Part shown: in pieces, positions 51,300 to 62,549 of the stretch | How positions within the stretch are numbered: the stretch's first letter is position 1 | How the letters are laid out: the number at the start of each line of letters is the position of its first letter | Assembly (NCBI GenBank): GCA_950097015.1 | Contig: CATNEN010000039.1 | Coordinates: 13,764,001-13,828,000 of the forward strand | Origin: Macrostomum hystrix | Lineage: Eukaryota; Animalia; Platyhelminthes | DNA: 64,000 nt | Direction of reading: 5' to 3' | The notes under the pieces: generated by a model | Told to the model about the DNA's origin: nothing | Databases searched by the model: none | Seen by the model: the letters and a program-made list of their open reading frames with translations, nothing else | Made by a program: the position numbers and the translations under genes

Positions 51300-53354
51300 T
51301 TAGTTAAATTTCTTGAATTTACGAACAGCACTCCGCCTGAGAGCTGCTCCGCATCTTATCACGACACGAGTGTTTGCAAAAAACAAACTTGTTCACAATC
51401 TCTGCAGCCACTTTTGGATGCAAAGCGCATGACTCAATCTGCGCCACAAATATATGCTTCCATTCTTGCAAACGCTTGGATGGCTGCGGCTGACGGCTTT
51501 GTCAATCCTTTGAGTGCGTGGCAAGCGACTTGTTGTTTAAGTGCACTCCTGAAGGCTCAGCCGCAGTCGGGGGCACTCGGGGCACTCCAAGACGCGACTA
51601 TTCATGAGTACGAAGCCTCCAACGTACTCAGTCGCCTCAGCAAGAACCGGATCAGGATAATTTAGGTGTGATGTTAATTTAGGCGGCAATGCTAGTAGTA
51701 GACTCGCCTAAAGATCTACTGCCGCTGATGTCTCCTCCAGCTAAATGCGAGAGAGTCATTGTCACTGCGGCAGAGCATTCGTCGTCTTCACAATTCCTTG
51801 TTGCGGAATCCGATCGATCAAGTTATCAATTAATGAAAACATTAATTGATAAATGACTGTTTTGTTGATTGCCAGGAAAAAAAGAACATAATTAGCATAA
51901 AAAATAACACATTATTGTATCTCTCTGTTCTCATTTTCAGATATTTAAATTATTTTAAAACTCACTTCCACGTGGTCCTGGGTCAGCCTGCGAGTGCAGA
52001 GAAAGTCGAGACCTTCATCGATCAGCGCAATCGACAGCTCACGTATAGCAGCGGCTGAGCGGCACCATCTTTAAACTACATTGTTGACCTTTCTGCCTTG
52101 CCAAGCAGACTGGTTGCTTGAAGCCTTTGTCGTGCATGTGGGCAGAGTTCAGCATATCGAAGATATCGTTCACGCGCTGTAGAAAATCTGCCATCTGCAG
52201 GGCGATGAGCTTCATTTCCTTATGGCTTGTCGGTTTCATAAAAGTCCACAACGTGCTGCCATTTTGCCAGCTTGTCATCATCAAAGGCAATATCGTTTTT
52301 CATAAGCGCATTGCGTAGGTTTTTCAGGCAATGTGGTACATCAACAATCACATAAACCGGCTTCTGACTCACAGGGTGATGAAAAAAGGGCATGGATGGC
52401 GAGACCTGTCAATTGCAAAAAATGCATTAAAAAACAAATGAGTAAAAGCCGTTAAGTAATTTGCTTAACACTGCAGATAATACTTACCAGTCTGGAGAGA
52501 TAAGCCCATTAGTGTTGTCTCCTGATCAGCAACAAGAGCGATTACTCGAATGCCGATTTCGTGACTCGCCTGAAGACACTTTTCGATTGCTGCAGCAAAG
52601 CCTAATTGCCCAAAAGTCCGATGAACTGGGTAATAGGCGATAGCTTGTTTCCAGTTGCCGGAGACACCTCGCAAAACAGCGACAATGGCCTCCTTGATCG
52701 GCTTCTGAAGTCGCTGGATATCTTCAACAGAGCTGTTAACACAAAATCCGATGATTTCGTCCTTATGCTGATCGTAGCGAACGCTGGGTGACAGACTCAT
52801 TCCATCGAAGCATAAAGTTGCAAGTCGCTGATCGTCCGGGCCCGTTGCAAGCTTTTGCTTGAGCAACGCCATTGTTGTTGAGCAGACTCCAGGCGAGTGG
52901 AAGAATTGGAATGTCCTGCGCTTCAGAGCAGACTCCGAGGGAAGAGGCAGCTGCCACTGCTTTCGCAGCATCTTATACGCGGCTGGGCTCTTATGATGGA
53001 GCCTTATTGAAGCAGTGAGGTCGTCCTTCGACCATCTCATGCCTCGGGCTGCAATGGCCTGAAGCTTCGTTGCATTGCACTGCTACGGAACTTTACATTC
53101 TTTGCTTTGATGATATACTTCTGTAGGCGCTTTATTGTCGCTTCTTGCCTGTACACGCACTGACGCGTTTTCCTTAACTGGCATGCCAGGTTGCTATCTC
53201 TTGATGTGATAGCCGAATGCGCAGCATTATGCGGCTTTTCAGACTTCGCAGCTGACGGCGAGAGATCATGAGGATACGTAACACCTGGTTCAGCGTCCCA
53301 ACGCTCCAGGTGACGCGGGTAGATGTTATCTGCTTCTTCGACTGTTCTAATCAC
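51300..53354 (-). pseudogene. Disrupted, intron-containing P-element-type transposase
   Basis: RWSKDDL...SPAAYKMLR...LPLPSESAL, LCFDGM, LRGVSGNWKQAIAY, VADQ, DVPHCLKNLRN, NDIFDMLNS and RLTQDHVE. Frameshifts (e.g. near 53040) and apparent deletions. The 3' boundary is approximate. Confidence 0.85.
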
Positions 53355-53520
53355 TAATGAAGCCGAATTGGCACTTCAGCCTCTGTCAGCGAAGTCAAAC
53401 TGCTTGTGCACTTAGCATAAGATTGCAGTAAATGTAAACGCAAAGTACGAGTACTGAACTTCGTTTGAAAGTACGACCAAATAGGTTGATTCGCAGGGGA
53501 GGGCCGGTGGATGATTAATA

Positions 53521-55205
53521 CAAGCATAATATAGGATTTTTCGTTAGATTTCATAAAATAGCCATTTGATTTCGTCCATAGAAGTTGGCAGCACGGCCAT
53601 AAAGTCTATAGCAATATAGTGCGCTGTTTTCCGATCGAATTCATAACTTTGCCACTTCGTTTCGACATACCCAGTAGAAAGGCAACAGAAAAGTCGCTGC
53701 GCTTGTCCAGTGTACAGAAAGAATTGTTAAAAACAGAAAGCTGTGTAATTAAGTCACATGAGGAAGTAGACAGTTGCAACAGTGAAATCAGTTATGTCCG
53801 CCACAGTTAATGCTCGTTCGCTGCAACAAGCTACAAATTTCACATTATCTGCTGCTCATTGATGCACAGGGGCAGAAACCGCATCACATGTCGTTCCCAG
53901 GCAAGGCACTTCGCGGCGGAAATTTCCTCTAGTGCAACGTAGCGGCAGCGGAAAAGCACCATGAGTCTCCACTGCGTTAGGTTGATGCCATCAGGCGGAT
54001 TGCTAAGTTCCTGTTGAAGCTCAGGTGTTGCTAGCTGGCGTATTAGCGATGCCTTGAGACAACTGTAAGCCTGCTCCGCGGTGTTAAGAAATGGAGAGTA
54101 CGGTGGCAGAGTTCGCAGTTGAATACGATTGGCCAGCTGTTGTGGAACCTGTGCATTGCCATGAGCCACTGGTCCCATCCATGATGACAACGCATTGCTG
54201 TCCCTGTTGCAAATTCGGTTCGATTGCTTCAAAAATTCGCACCACGAACTGCCGGAACGTCTGTGCATTCAGGGTTCTATCCAGAAAGTCGGAACAAACG
54301 ACTCCACGTGCAGAAGAGATCGCCAAAAGCACAGAGGCCATCGCTCCTCTCTGAGAATGAACGGGCCGTCGTACGCTTGTCCCTCTGCGGCTTCGTCCTT
54401 GTGATCGTCGGGTCAAGACGTGGAACCCTGACTCGTCCAGGAAAATAATCTCGGTTCCTTGGTCGAGATTTAGAAACCAGGTGGCAAACTCCCTTCTGCG
54501 TTGGATGTTTTCTGGTGTGTTACGAGACACCGTGACGTCCGCATCTTTGCACATTTGCTTCAGCGTGATCAATTGTGCATCCAAGTAGCGCGAGATGGTA
54601 CTGAGACCAATATCGACAGCATGCGTCGTGTGCAGTTTCGCCTTTATCTCCTTTAATGTCAACATTGGATTGTCTTCTATGTCAGAAACGAGTTCTTGTA
54701 CGATTGGATCGGCCAGCTTCTTAGGATTGTTTCCTCCTTTCGGCAGCTTGTCGATGCGCCCAGTCTCTTCGTACACCTTCACTATGGAATACACTGTCTG
54801 TTTGTTGATGTTGAGCCATCGCGCTATGTCCGTCACTTTCTCACCCCTGTTCATTGCTTCAATGACAAGATGCCTTCTGTCGTTTCCAATGGACGCGTAT
54901 GCAGCCATTTTTAGGCACACAAGGAATGTGACTGTTGCCCAGGAAGAGGACACGTTCATATAGGCTTTTCATTTCTATGAGAGGTTTGGCCATAGATATT
55001 CACCCACTGATATCCCAGCCCCCTCTGGCAGTGTTTGAGTCACTCCGCGCGTCAAGTCGAAATGAAGTGGCAAAGTTATGAATTCAATCGGAAAACAGCG
55101 CGCTTTATTGCCATAGACTTTGTGGCCGCGCTGCCGACTTCTATGGACGAAATCAAATGACCATTTTATAGAAATCAAACGAAAAATCCTATATTTGGAG
55201 TGCTG
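53521..55205 (-). mobile_element. Tc1/mariner (IS630-like) DNA transposon nested in the P element
   Basis: Imperfect TIRs of about 140 bp (53521-53666 and 55056-55205) flanked by TA on both sides (53519-53520 and 55206-55207), with an internal DDE transposase. Confidence 0.9.
53840..54908 (-). pseudogene. Tc1/IS630-type transposase with a single frameshift near 54175
   Basis: HTH motifs (VTDIARWLNINKQTVYSIV; LTLKEI...GLSTISRYL), FLDESG, VVIMDG / PVAH and LPPYSPFLNTAE. D-to-E spacing is about 33-34 residues. Confidence 0.88.
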
Positions 55206-56287
55206 TAAGCTCAAATTTTGCGGTTTTTTCCATAGACAATAAAAAATATCGAAAAAACAAGCTTCGAAAAAGACGACATTACCGAGTATGCTGACTGAGT
55301 GGTGTCGTCTTGCTTAAAAGTAGAAATATTTTGGCTGCCTTGACAAATTTAGGCATCATGCTCGCATAATAGCTAATGAAAAAAGAGTTGCCATAAAAAT
55401 TTTTGCGTGTTGATTGTGAGTGACATATCTAGTTATTTTAGTATCTAAGACCTAACTTTAGCGCACTTTGCACCACAGATTATATATCCTACAGACGTGT
55501 CAAGCAAAATTAATCCGCCCGCGAAAAACCAGAGGTTTGGCCTCTTCTGATAGACACTTCTGCTGCTGCTGAACTACGAGTATATTCACAACAGTTCAAG
55601 CTGACTCAACAGTTTTAAAGTTTACAAACACGATAGCTTGGGTAAACAGCTCGCAGACAATTAGTCTATGGCCAAAAGGGTGGGGTTTTCGTAGCAGCTA
55701 GAGCGGAAATTCCCGCAAACTAAAACGGGGTGAGTGACACACAAGAGTATATAACGTTTAAATCTGTGCTCTGCACAGCAGTGTCAATAATGTCTATGGC
55801 CGTTCTCAAAATTAGAGGGTACGTAGTTTGTTTCTTACAAACGGAGATATGTCAATGTGTCCAATCGGCGCTCGCTGATTGGGTGTAAACACCCACCCCA
55901 GGCACCCACCCCTCCGCTTTTAGCTGGGTTGTATTTCAGCCGGCACCCCCGTGCTGCCCAGCCTTGTCTCTTCGCGCTGCGTGGTGTGAAATTTTTTGGC
56001 CTGGGAGTGTGGTGTTTAGGCCCAATCACAATGGCCAAAGCAAAAACCATGGGGTCGTTTATTATCCAGGAAAAGCAAATGAAATTCAATAAACGAGTAA
56101 GACCACTTCCATCCGTTGACCTCTGACCGAGGCATAGCTTAGTAACAATAAGGCTTAACTACAAAAATAATTTAAGATGTGACAACGTTCTAAACAGAAG
56201 CGTAGCGAAAAAAGTGAAACCATGTGTCAAACAGAAGGTGCGGTCGATCGATGATCTGATAGTAAGTACTGCTTAATAGTCTAGCAG

Positions 56288-57412
56288 TCAGCCAATCAGA
56301 GCAAAGAAGTCGCGAATCTCGGCCTCGGTCATGCTGACGTTAGCTAAGGCAAGAGCTCGAATTGACCCTTTCAACATAAAGTTTCTAGGACTGTCAATGC
56401 GCATTCCGAGATACATGCAGGCTGTTGTGTCGATCACATTACAGGTCAATAAGTCAAGATTTTGTGTTATGCCAACTCTAGGTAGGAAGGATCCTGAAGC
56501 AAAGAAATCATAGACGCTCCCACTGATGGTGAAGCCGATGTTCAACCATTCGCTTGAGTTAGCCGACAGAGTTGACCCTGGTGTAAAAAGAAAGTTTACC
56601 TTGACTCCAGTGATTCTGTTCACTCTAGCATAGAGTACTCGAGGGACGTTGAACTCCCATAAATGAATCCCATATCCAGAAAATGCTCCCAGTGATTCGC
56701 AGCTCGTCATTTCGAAGAACGGCTGCACCTGCGGCTGCCGCTTGAGCCTCAGCAGCCAGGTGAGGCCGGTGGTGAAGCTGATGCTGGACTTGTTCAGCAC
56801 TGCATAGGCTGCTGAGCCATCGAACACAGCGCCTTCGCTGCTCCACTGAACAGCCACTGGGTGCAGGCGGTTCGTGTCCTCATCGGCCTGGCACACCAGG
56901 TTCTCCAGTCTGCTCACCTCACCTGCCAGCCACAAATTGCTGAGCTTGGCGCTGATTAGCCGGTGATCGATTGGAAATCGGAAGAGCACGGAGCAGCTGG
57001 GCCACTTTCCGGTCGTCAGACTGCGACACACCGACTGGAAGATGAAGACGGAGCAGGTGCGGGCGAGATGGTCGAACTGCGCCACCAGAGCTCCGGTCGG
57101 CAGCTTCTCGTCGGCCGTCATCACGCAGTGAGCCTCCGTGACGACAGCGAATCGATGGACGGCAGCAGCAGCCGAGCTCTGGGGAGCGCAGCCCACATCC
57201 GGCCGCCTCCAGACGGACACTCGGTTGACGATCAACGCGTCGCAATGGGCCAGCGCGACGGCGATGCTCAGGAATGCGACAGTCACAAAACTACTGATTG
57301 GCACTGAAACAATTCAACAATACTTATGGAATTCCAAGAAGAACTCTCAGAGTGTCAGATGTATTCAAGTCAAAGTATGGATATTGTGCCCGTCGGTTTT
57401 ACCTTCGGTCAT
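56288..57412 (-). CDS. Secreted PAN/LamG-like protein, paralog B; 10-nt first exon at 57403-57412
   Basis: Same exon structure and near-identical N-terminal ~200 aa as paralog A. The diverged C-terminus keeps YGIHLWEFN, WLNIG and GMR...GSIRALALAN. Confidence 0.7.
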
Positions 57413-58042
57413 TGTGCGAGCTAGCCGTTAACTGCAGGAGGTTGGTTTCTAAGAGTCGAATCGTTTTTTTGTGATGGAACAGCAGTAGCATTGTTTTTGA
57501 TACTCATATTTATCATATTTCTCTGCCACGTTTGCAATCGAAAAAATTGCCTCAAGAGGAGACAATTGCTATAGACTCGCAAACAACGCAGACAATTGTT
57601 TTGACTGACTGCATGCAGCTAGTTTATACAGTTTCAATGTGTAGCCCCTCGAAACAACGGTCGCAGGCGCAAAGCACCGGCTGAGTGTATTGACAGTTGT
57701 TGAGTTTTTTTACCATAGTTGGTTGGGTCCTTTTGGGTTCCTTATTGGGTGCTAATATCATGGCAGAGAACTCGATAAAAAAAATTGAAAACCCATTGTT
57801 TGTGAGAAAGCGTTACATTTTTTCTAGAAATTAGATAGGCACCTTTGTTTTAACTCACGACATTGCTTTTACAAGAAAGACTCGAAGCCCTCGAAAGTTG
57901 TTTAGTTTATTTTAGTATTTATATTAACATGTTAATTACTAAGGTATTATGGCCACCATTTCTGATCCTCATTTAGTTCGTCGGTTGTACGAATTTCTTG
58001 CACCATCTAGCTTCCACCACGAAGAGCTGGCAGAAGGCTTGG

Positions 58043-58860
58043 TCACTGCCCAGCCAATCGGAGTGCTTCAAGCTGCCACCGGGGACCCTCCTGGCCGTAG
58101 CGAGCGTGGGCGGCCAGAGTCACAGCTCTAGTTGGCAGTCCGCTGCCTAGCAACCAAACTTCCAGGCGGTCCGACGGTTGCAGCCCGGCTGCGTCAACAT
58201 CGGAGACCAAAACCTGCGAGCATGCACATTAATCCATTAAAGCTTTCGTTAATAAATTAGCTTTCGTTAATAAATGAACTTTCTTTAATAAATTAAATTT
58301 CTTTAATAAATTTACTTTCGTTAATAAATTAACTTTCGTTAAAAAATTAACTTTCGTTAAAAAATTAACTTTCGTTAATAAATAAACTTTCGTTAATAAA
58401 TAAACTTTCGTTAATAAATTAACTTTTGTTAATAAATTAGCTTTCGTTAATAAATGAACTTTCGTTAATAAATGAACTTTCGTTAATAAATGAACTTTCG
58501 TTAATAAATTAACTTTCGTTAATAAATGAACTTTCGTTAAATCGTTCCAAAGCCAACCTGTCGGTCATTCTTCACCAGTCGTCTGACACCGCCTCCTAGC
58601 TGTCTGCTCAGCGAGCGTTTCAGAGCTTCTAGGGCGCCTTCGCCGGCGTGGCCATAGAGGTCCACAGACAAGCGGTAGAAGTAGGGATGCGATTCGTCCA
58701 CTCGACGTACAAGCAAAGAAGAAAGCTTCGCCGAAGCAGGTGCAGGTGCCGCTGCAGACGGTAGGATATAGCAGCAGCAGCAGCAGCAGCAGCAGCAAAA
58801 GAAACCAAACGAACAGAGCGGTGACATGTGGCTGTCTTGTCTGGCGTTTCTCAGGCGCAT
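58043..58860 (-). CDS. Hypothetical small, probably secreted protein; 2 exons (~58860-58558, 58214-58043)
   Basis: The ORF ends DRQ|gttggc, and ctcgcag|VLVSDV continues in frame to LRLAGQ*. The N-terminus is hydrophobic and Cys-rich. No recognisable family; the start could be the Met at 58827. Confidence 0.55.
58238..58540. repeat. 18-bp minisatellite taaat(g/t)aactttcgttaa
   Basis: Tandem units filling the intron of the hypothetical gene. Confidence 0.95.
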
Positions 58861-59644
58861 ATTTTGAGCACATTAAGTACTTTATAAATAAGAGAATCGA
58901 CTCACACCAAGCATAGCCCAGGTGTATAAATTCTGCTATCTCTATTTGCAACTTATCGAAGCAAGATTAGGTCTGTGTGTTCCTTACTCGTTACCAGCCA
59001 GAAAAAGCTACATTTGTTGGTCAATGAATAACCAGTGATCGCTAAAAGCTTTTAGTCGTTGTAAATCTAACAAACACGAGAATATTTATTAGAAATCGAT
59101 CTAAAAACAATCAATCAAATATTGAATTCGCTCATCTCGAAACATACGCACTCTTAGATACATCAGTTTATTTTACAGAATCGTAGTGACATTCAAAGTT
59201 AATCAAGGATAGACCACGGGAGTTTATATCAAACACCTACATTATTTGTTTTAAAATATTCAACCAATCGGCACGGAAATCCAAAATCACTAGCTAAAAT
59301 TTTCAGCTCGATCCGACAAAACAACATTCAGAATCACAAAACATCTATATAGTCGAGTTATTCAACATCAGTCGCAGTGATCTCAGCATACCCGTCACAA
59401 GGGTCCCCTTCATCACCGTCTGGAGCATCGGCGGCGACCGTCGGGACTTTTATACTAACGTCTATGCAGAGCAATGTTAGTTTCCTTGTCAGCAGGGTCT
59501 TCGACAAGAATCGGTGAATATCTCCACGATGCAAACGGCTTTGAATGTTGATCCTTCTATCTTAGAGCTATTGGAATAAGTAAAAGTTTGATGCATTTCA
59601 AATGACCTTTATAACAACAGTCGCAAGATTTACACGAAAGAAAC

Positions 59645-61189
59645 TCAGGACGCTGTCGTTGGCGCCAAAGCAGGCTCGCCCTTGATTTCAGTGTTCAGCC
59701 TGGCCTGCTCCTTCTGAATGCTGGCGTGCAGGCGGCCAAGCCGCTCTTGTGCGTTCTGGATGATGTTGTTAACCAGCATCACCCGGCGCTTCGCGTTGTT
59801 CAACTTTTTCACGTAAGCCTCTAAATCTACTGGGGCCGATTTCTCGTCCGCGATGGCACAGAGCAGTTCGGCCACAGAATCGATCTGAGCTCGCAGCTCG
59901 ATTTGACTCAGGCGCACCTGAGCAATTTGAAAATGTACTCGTAACTTACACTTGTAAGGCATTCAATGCCGAATTGTCCAACTGCAGTTCTCATCCATTA
60001 TGATTAATCAACAGATCCCAATACTTAATTGCAAAATACTGTTTTCCTATTTCAGTGAGAAGGGGATGTTTTCCCATCCTTCAGTGAGAAGGGGATGTTT
60101 TCCCATCTTTCAGTGAGAAGGGGGATGCTTTCCCATCCTTCAGTGAGAAGGGGATGTTTTCCCATCTTTCAGTGAGAAGGGGATGCTTTCCCATCCTTCA
60201 GTGAGAAGGGGATGTTTTCTCATCCTTCAGTGAGAAGGGGATGTTTTCTCATCCTTCAGTGAGAAGGGGATGTTTTCTCATCCTTCAGTGAGAAGGGGAT
60301 GTTTTCTCATCCTTCAGTGAGAAGGGGATGTTTTCCCATCCTTCAGTGAGAAGGGGATGTTTTCTCATCCTTCAGTGAGAAGGGGATGTTTTCTCATCCT
60401 TTAGTGAGAAGGGGATGTTTTCTCATCCTTCAGTGAGAAGGGGATGTTTTCTCATCCTTCAGTGAGAAGGGGATGTTTTCTCATCCTTCAGTGAGAAGGG
60501 GATGTTTTCCCTTCCTTCAGTGAGAAGGGGTTTTCCCATCCTCCAGTGAGAAGGGGATGTTTTCCCATCGTTCAGTGACAAGGGGATGAGGGGGTCGGTG
60601 GCAGAGCGGTTAACGCGTTTGCCACTCGCACCACAGTCCCTAAGTTCGATTCCACGGCGAGGCCACATTTATTTGGGGCGCAGCCGCGGAGAGAAGGCTT
60701 GGGGGCTTGTCGTACAATTTACGCCCTTGAGGGCCAACCTCCAAGGCACAGTTCGAGTGTACACTGCCTGACGATGAGAAAGTCAGGGCAGATGTACACA
60801 CCTGTGTGAGCGTATGCCTGCGTACGGTATCTGTGTGCGTGTGTGCTCAGGAGTCAGCGAAATGGGCAGAATTGCCTCCTCGCTGGCTGCGGGTCTAGTG
60901 TCACCAAACTATGTGTCATTGCCCGCAGCCCTCCTGCAATTATTATTATTATTATTATTTGACAAGGGGATGTTGTCCTATCCTTCAGTGAGAAGGCGCT
61001 GTTGTCCCATCCCTACTGGCTGTTCACAATCACCTGCGTGACCCTGTCGTCAATCTGTCTGACGGTGGGCTCCAGAAGTGACAGTAGGCCGTGAGTGAAC
61101 TGCTGACGGACCTCCAACTCTGACAGCTCTCTTGACGGCGCCTGGACTGTCGCCGCAGCAGTCTGCGAGTCTGACGCACTGCTAGCCAT
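59645..61189 (-). CDS. SNAPIN: SNAPIN (BLOC-1/BORC subunit); exons 61189-61034 and 59917-59645
   Basis: GLLSLLEPTVRQIDDRVTQ|VRLSQIELRAQID...DLEAYVKKLNNAKRRVMLVNNIIQNAQERLGRL matches the SNAPIN signature. Confidence 0.95.
60050..60588. repeat. 29-bp minisatellite ttcagtgagaaggggatgtttt(c/t)catcc
   Basis: Tandem units in the SNAPIN intron. Confidence 0.95.
60589..60959 (+). mobile_element. Full-length tRNA-derived SINE (family 1)
   Basis: A box tggcagagcgg, B box gttcgattcc, (TTA)n tail and a 13-bp TSD tgacaaggggatg (60576-60588 and 60960-60972). Inserted into a 29-mer array. Confidence 0.92.
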
Positions 61190-61589
61190 GTTGATCTACA
61201 GCTGCTAATCTTTGTAGCTGTAAAACAAATGTGCAGAAGGCTCAGTGTACCGATATGTATAGAAAGCATTTATTCTAAAGTAGCTTGCATTTTTCGATTT
61301 ACCTAAGGCTAAATAGACAAATAAAGGTGAGCTGAACTTTAAAAGTAAAATTAGGGCGAAATGCACTATAAAAAATGGCAGATACACAATTGTATTTGTA
61401 TTTACAAAGTAGTTGTGCAACCAACATGCATGCAAGTTAATACCAACGCAACATCTGTGTGAATATGCTAAATAAAGATGTCCAACTACAAGAAAGCTAA
61501 GGGATTGTTTCAATAATGCCTCTAGATAAGCGCCTCATTATCAACAGTGGCTCATTGTGAGCAGTGCTTTATTATGAGCCGAGACGGAA

Positions 61590-62030
61590 CAGGAAGTGAG
61601 CAGAATAGGAAGTGAGCAGAGAAGGAAGTGAGCAGAGGAGGAAGTGAGCAGAGAAGGAAGTGAGCAGAATAGGAAGTGAGCAGAGAAGGAAGTGAGCAGA
61701 GGATGAAGTGAGCAGAGTAGGAAGTGAGCAGAGAAGGAAGTGAGCAGAGAAGGAAGTGAGCAGAGAAGGAAGTGAGCAGAGAAGGAAGTGAGCAGAGAAG
61801 GAAGTGAGCAGAGAAGGAAGTGAGCAGAGAAGGAAGTGAGCAGAGAAGGAAGTGAGCAGAGAAGGAAGTGAGCAGAGAAGGAAGTGAGCAGAGGAGGAAG
61901 TGAGCAGAGAAGGAAGTGAGCAGAGAAGGAAGTGAGCAGAGGAGGAAGTGAGCAGAGAAGGAAGTGAGCAGAGGAGGAAGTGAGCAGAGTAGGAAGTGAG
62001 CAGAGAAGAAGTGAGCACAGTAGGAAGCTC
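61590..62030. repeat. 16-bp minisatellite ggaagtgagcagagaa
   Basis: Tandem units starting right after the stop codon of the 62032 ORF. Confidence 0.95.
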
Positions 62031-62031
62031 A

Positions 62032-62493
62032 CTAGTTCCCAGCCTTCCCAGTCCTCAGTCCCATTTCGTGCAGCTGCGCAAGCTGCTTATCTCGCATCAT
62101 CTGGCGCATCTGCTCTCGCCTTTCGTCCATCTCGACCTGCCTGTTAGCCAGCCAGGCGGCGTGGGCGGCGTCAGCCTCGGCCAGTTCCGTGACGCCGTAG
62201 TAGCCGATACGGCAGCGCCGACGCAGCTGATCGAAGCTCCAAGCCGCGGAGCCGGCGAAGGCGGCGAAGCACACCGGCCAGATCCAGTTGGCGGTGATTC
62301 GCCTCTGCCAGGCTGTCAGGTGCAGCCGGTAGCCCGGCCATTCCGGCTTAGTCACCCGCCTGTAGACCCGTCTGGCCAGTAGGAACAGCGGCACGCCAGG
62401 CGTCAGGGTCGAGACGGCGACTGAGGCGGCAGTGCAGCGATGGAAGGCTGACAGGCGTGGATCCTCCGGCTCAAGATTGTCCAGATTCTGCAT
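62032..62493 (-). CDS. Hypothetical small membrane protein (Cys-TM-TM-Cys plus charged tail; TMEM141/COX20-like topology, unconfirmed)
   Basis: GC-rich 153-aa ORF preceded by the acceptor ttttcccttgacccgcag. An upstream donor lies near 63805, so the upstream exon is probably non-coding. Confidence 0.55.
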   Translation of the reverse strand: MQNLDNLEPEDPRLSAFHRCTAASVAVSTLTPGVPLFLLARRVYRRVTKPEWPGYRLHLTAWQRRITANWIWPVCFAAFAGSAAWSFDQLRRRCRIGYYGVTELAEADAAHAAWLANRQVEMDERREQMRQMMRDKQLAQLHEMGLRTGKAGN

Positions 62494-62549
62494 GACTCCG
62501 CAGTCCGATTCAATTGCTGCTGCGGGTCAAGGGAAAACGATAACTGTAT

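Larger units (their letters stand above)
50979..55449 (-). mobile_element. P-element/THAP9-superfamily DNA transposon, inactive
   Basis: An 8-bp direct repeat ACCTAACT flanks both ends (50971-50978 and 55450-55457). Imperfect TIRs: catagatac...tagatatgtcactc and gagtgacatatcta...gtatctaag. Internal transposase remnants are present. Confidence 0.88.

Noticed and set aside
54084-54268. Programmed frameshift as in bacterial IS630
   Set aside because: There is no slippery run at the site and it falls inside the catalytic domain; a mutation or sequencing indel is more likely.
55206-55360. THAP zinc finger at the P-element N-terminus
   Set aside because: It is expected here, but no C2CH pattern could be read; the region is degenerate and interrupted.
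60768-60781. CTGACGA...GAAA resembling a hammerhead core
   Set aside because: Only 3 nt separate the boxes, CTGAC pairs with GTCAG, and other copies read CTGACAA.
60874-60887. GCCTCCTCGCTGGC in the SINE is identical to the P3/L3 segment of the genomic HDV ribozyme
   Set aside because: There is no upstream P1 strand, no GG for P1.1 and no convincing P2. The motif is explained by intra-SINE pairing. An in vitro cleavage assay would settle it.
275-61189. Functional neuronal gene cluster (TRPA1, VGLUT-like, nAChR, SNAPIN)
   Set aside because: The genes are interspersed with PLK4 and unrelated genes, and there is no evidence of co-regulation or conserved synteny.
7617-62032. Long periodic ORFs (SILALI at 7617, YTTVVSSPP at ~12000, KLSMLSGW at 37673, SHLSHVSSLPC at 44358, ERRDQRF/LREEIRD at 47217, SAHFLLCS at 61541)
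   Set aside because: They are translations of stop-free minisatellites, often open in several frames and lying inside introns or UTRs.
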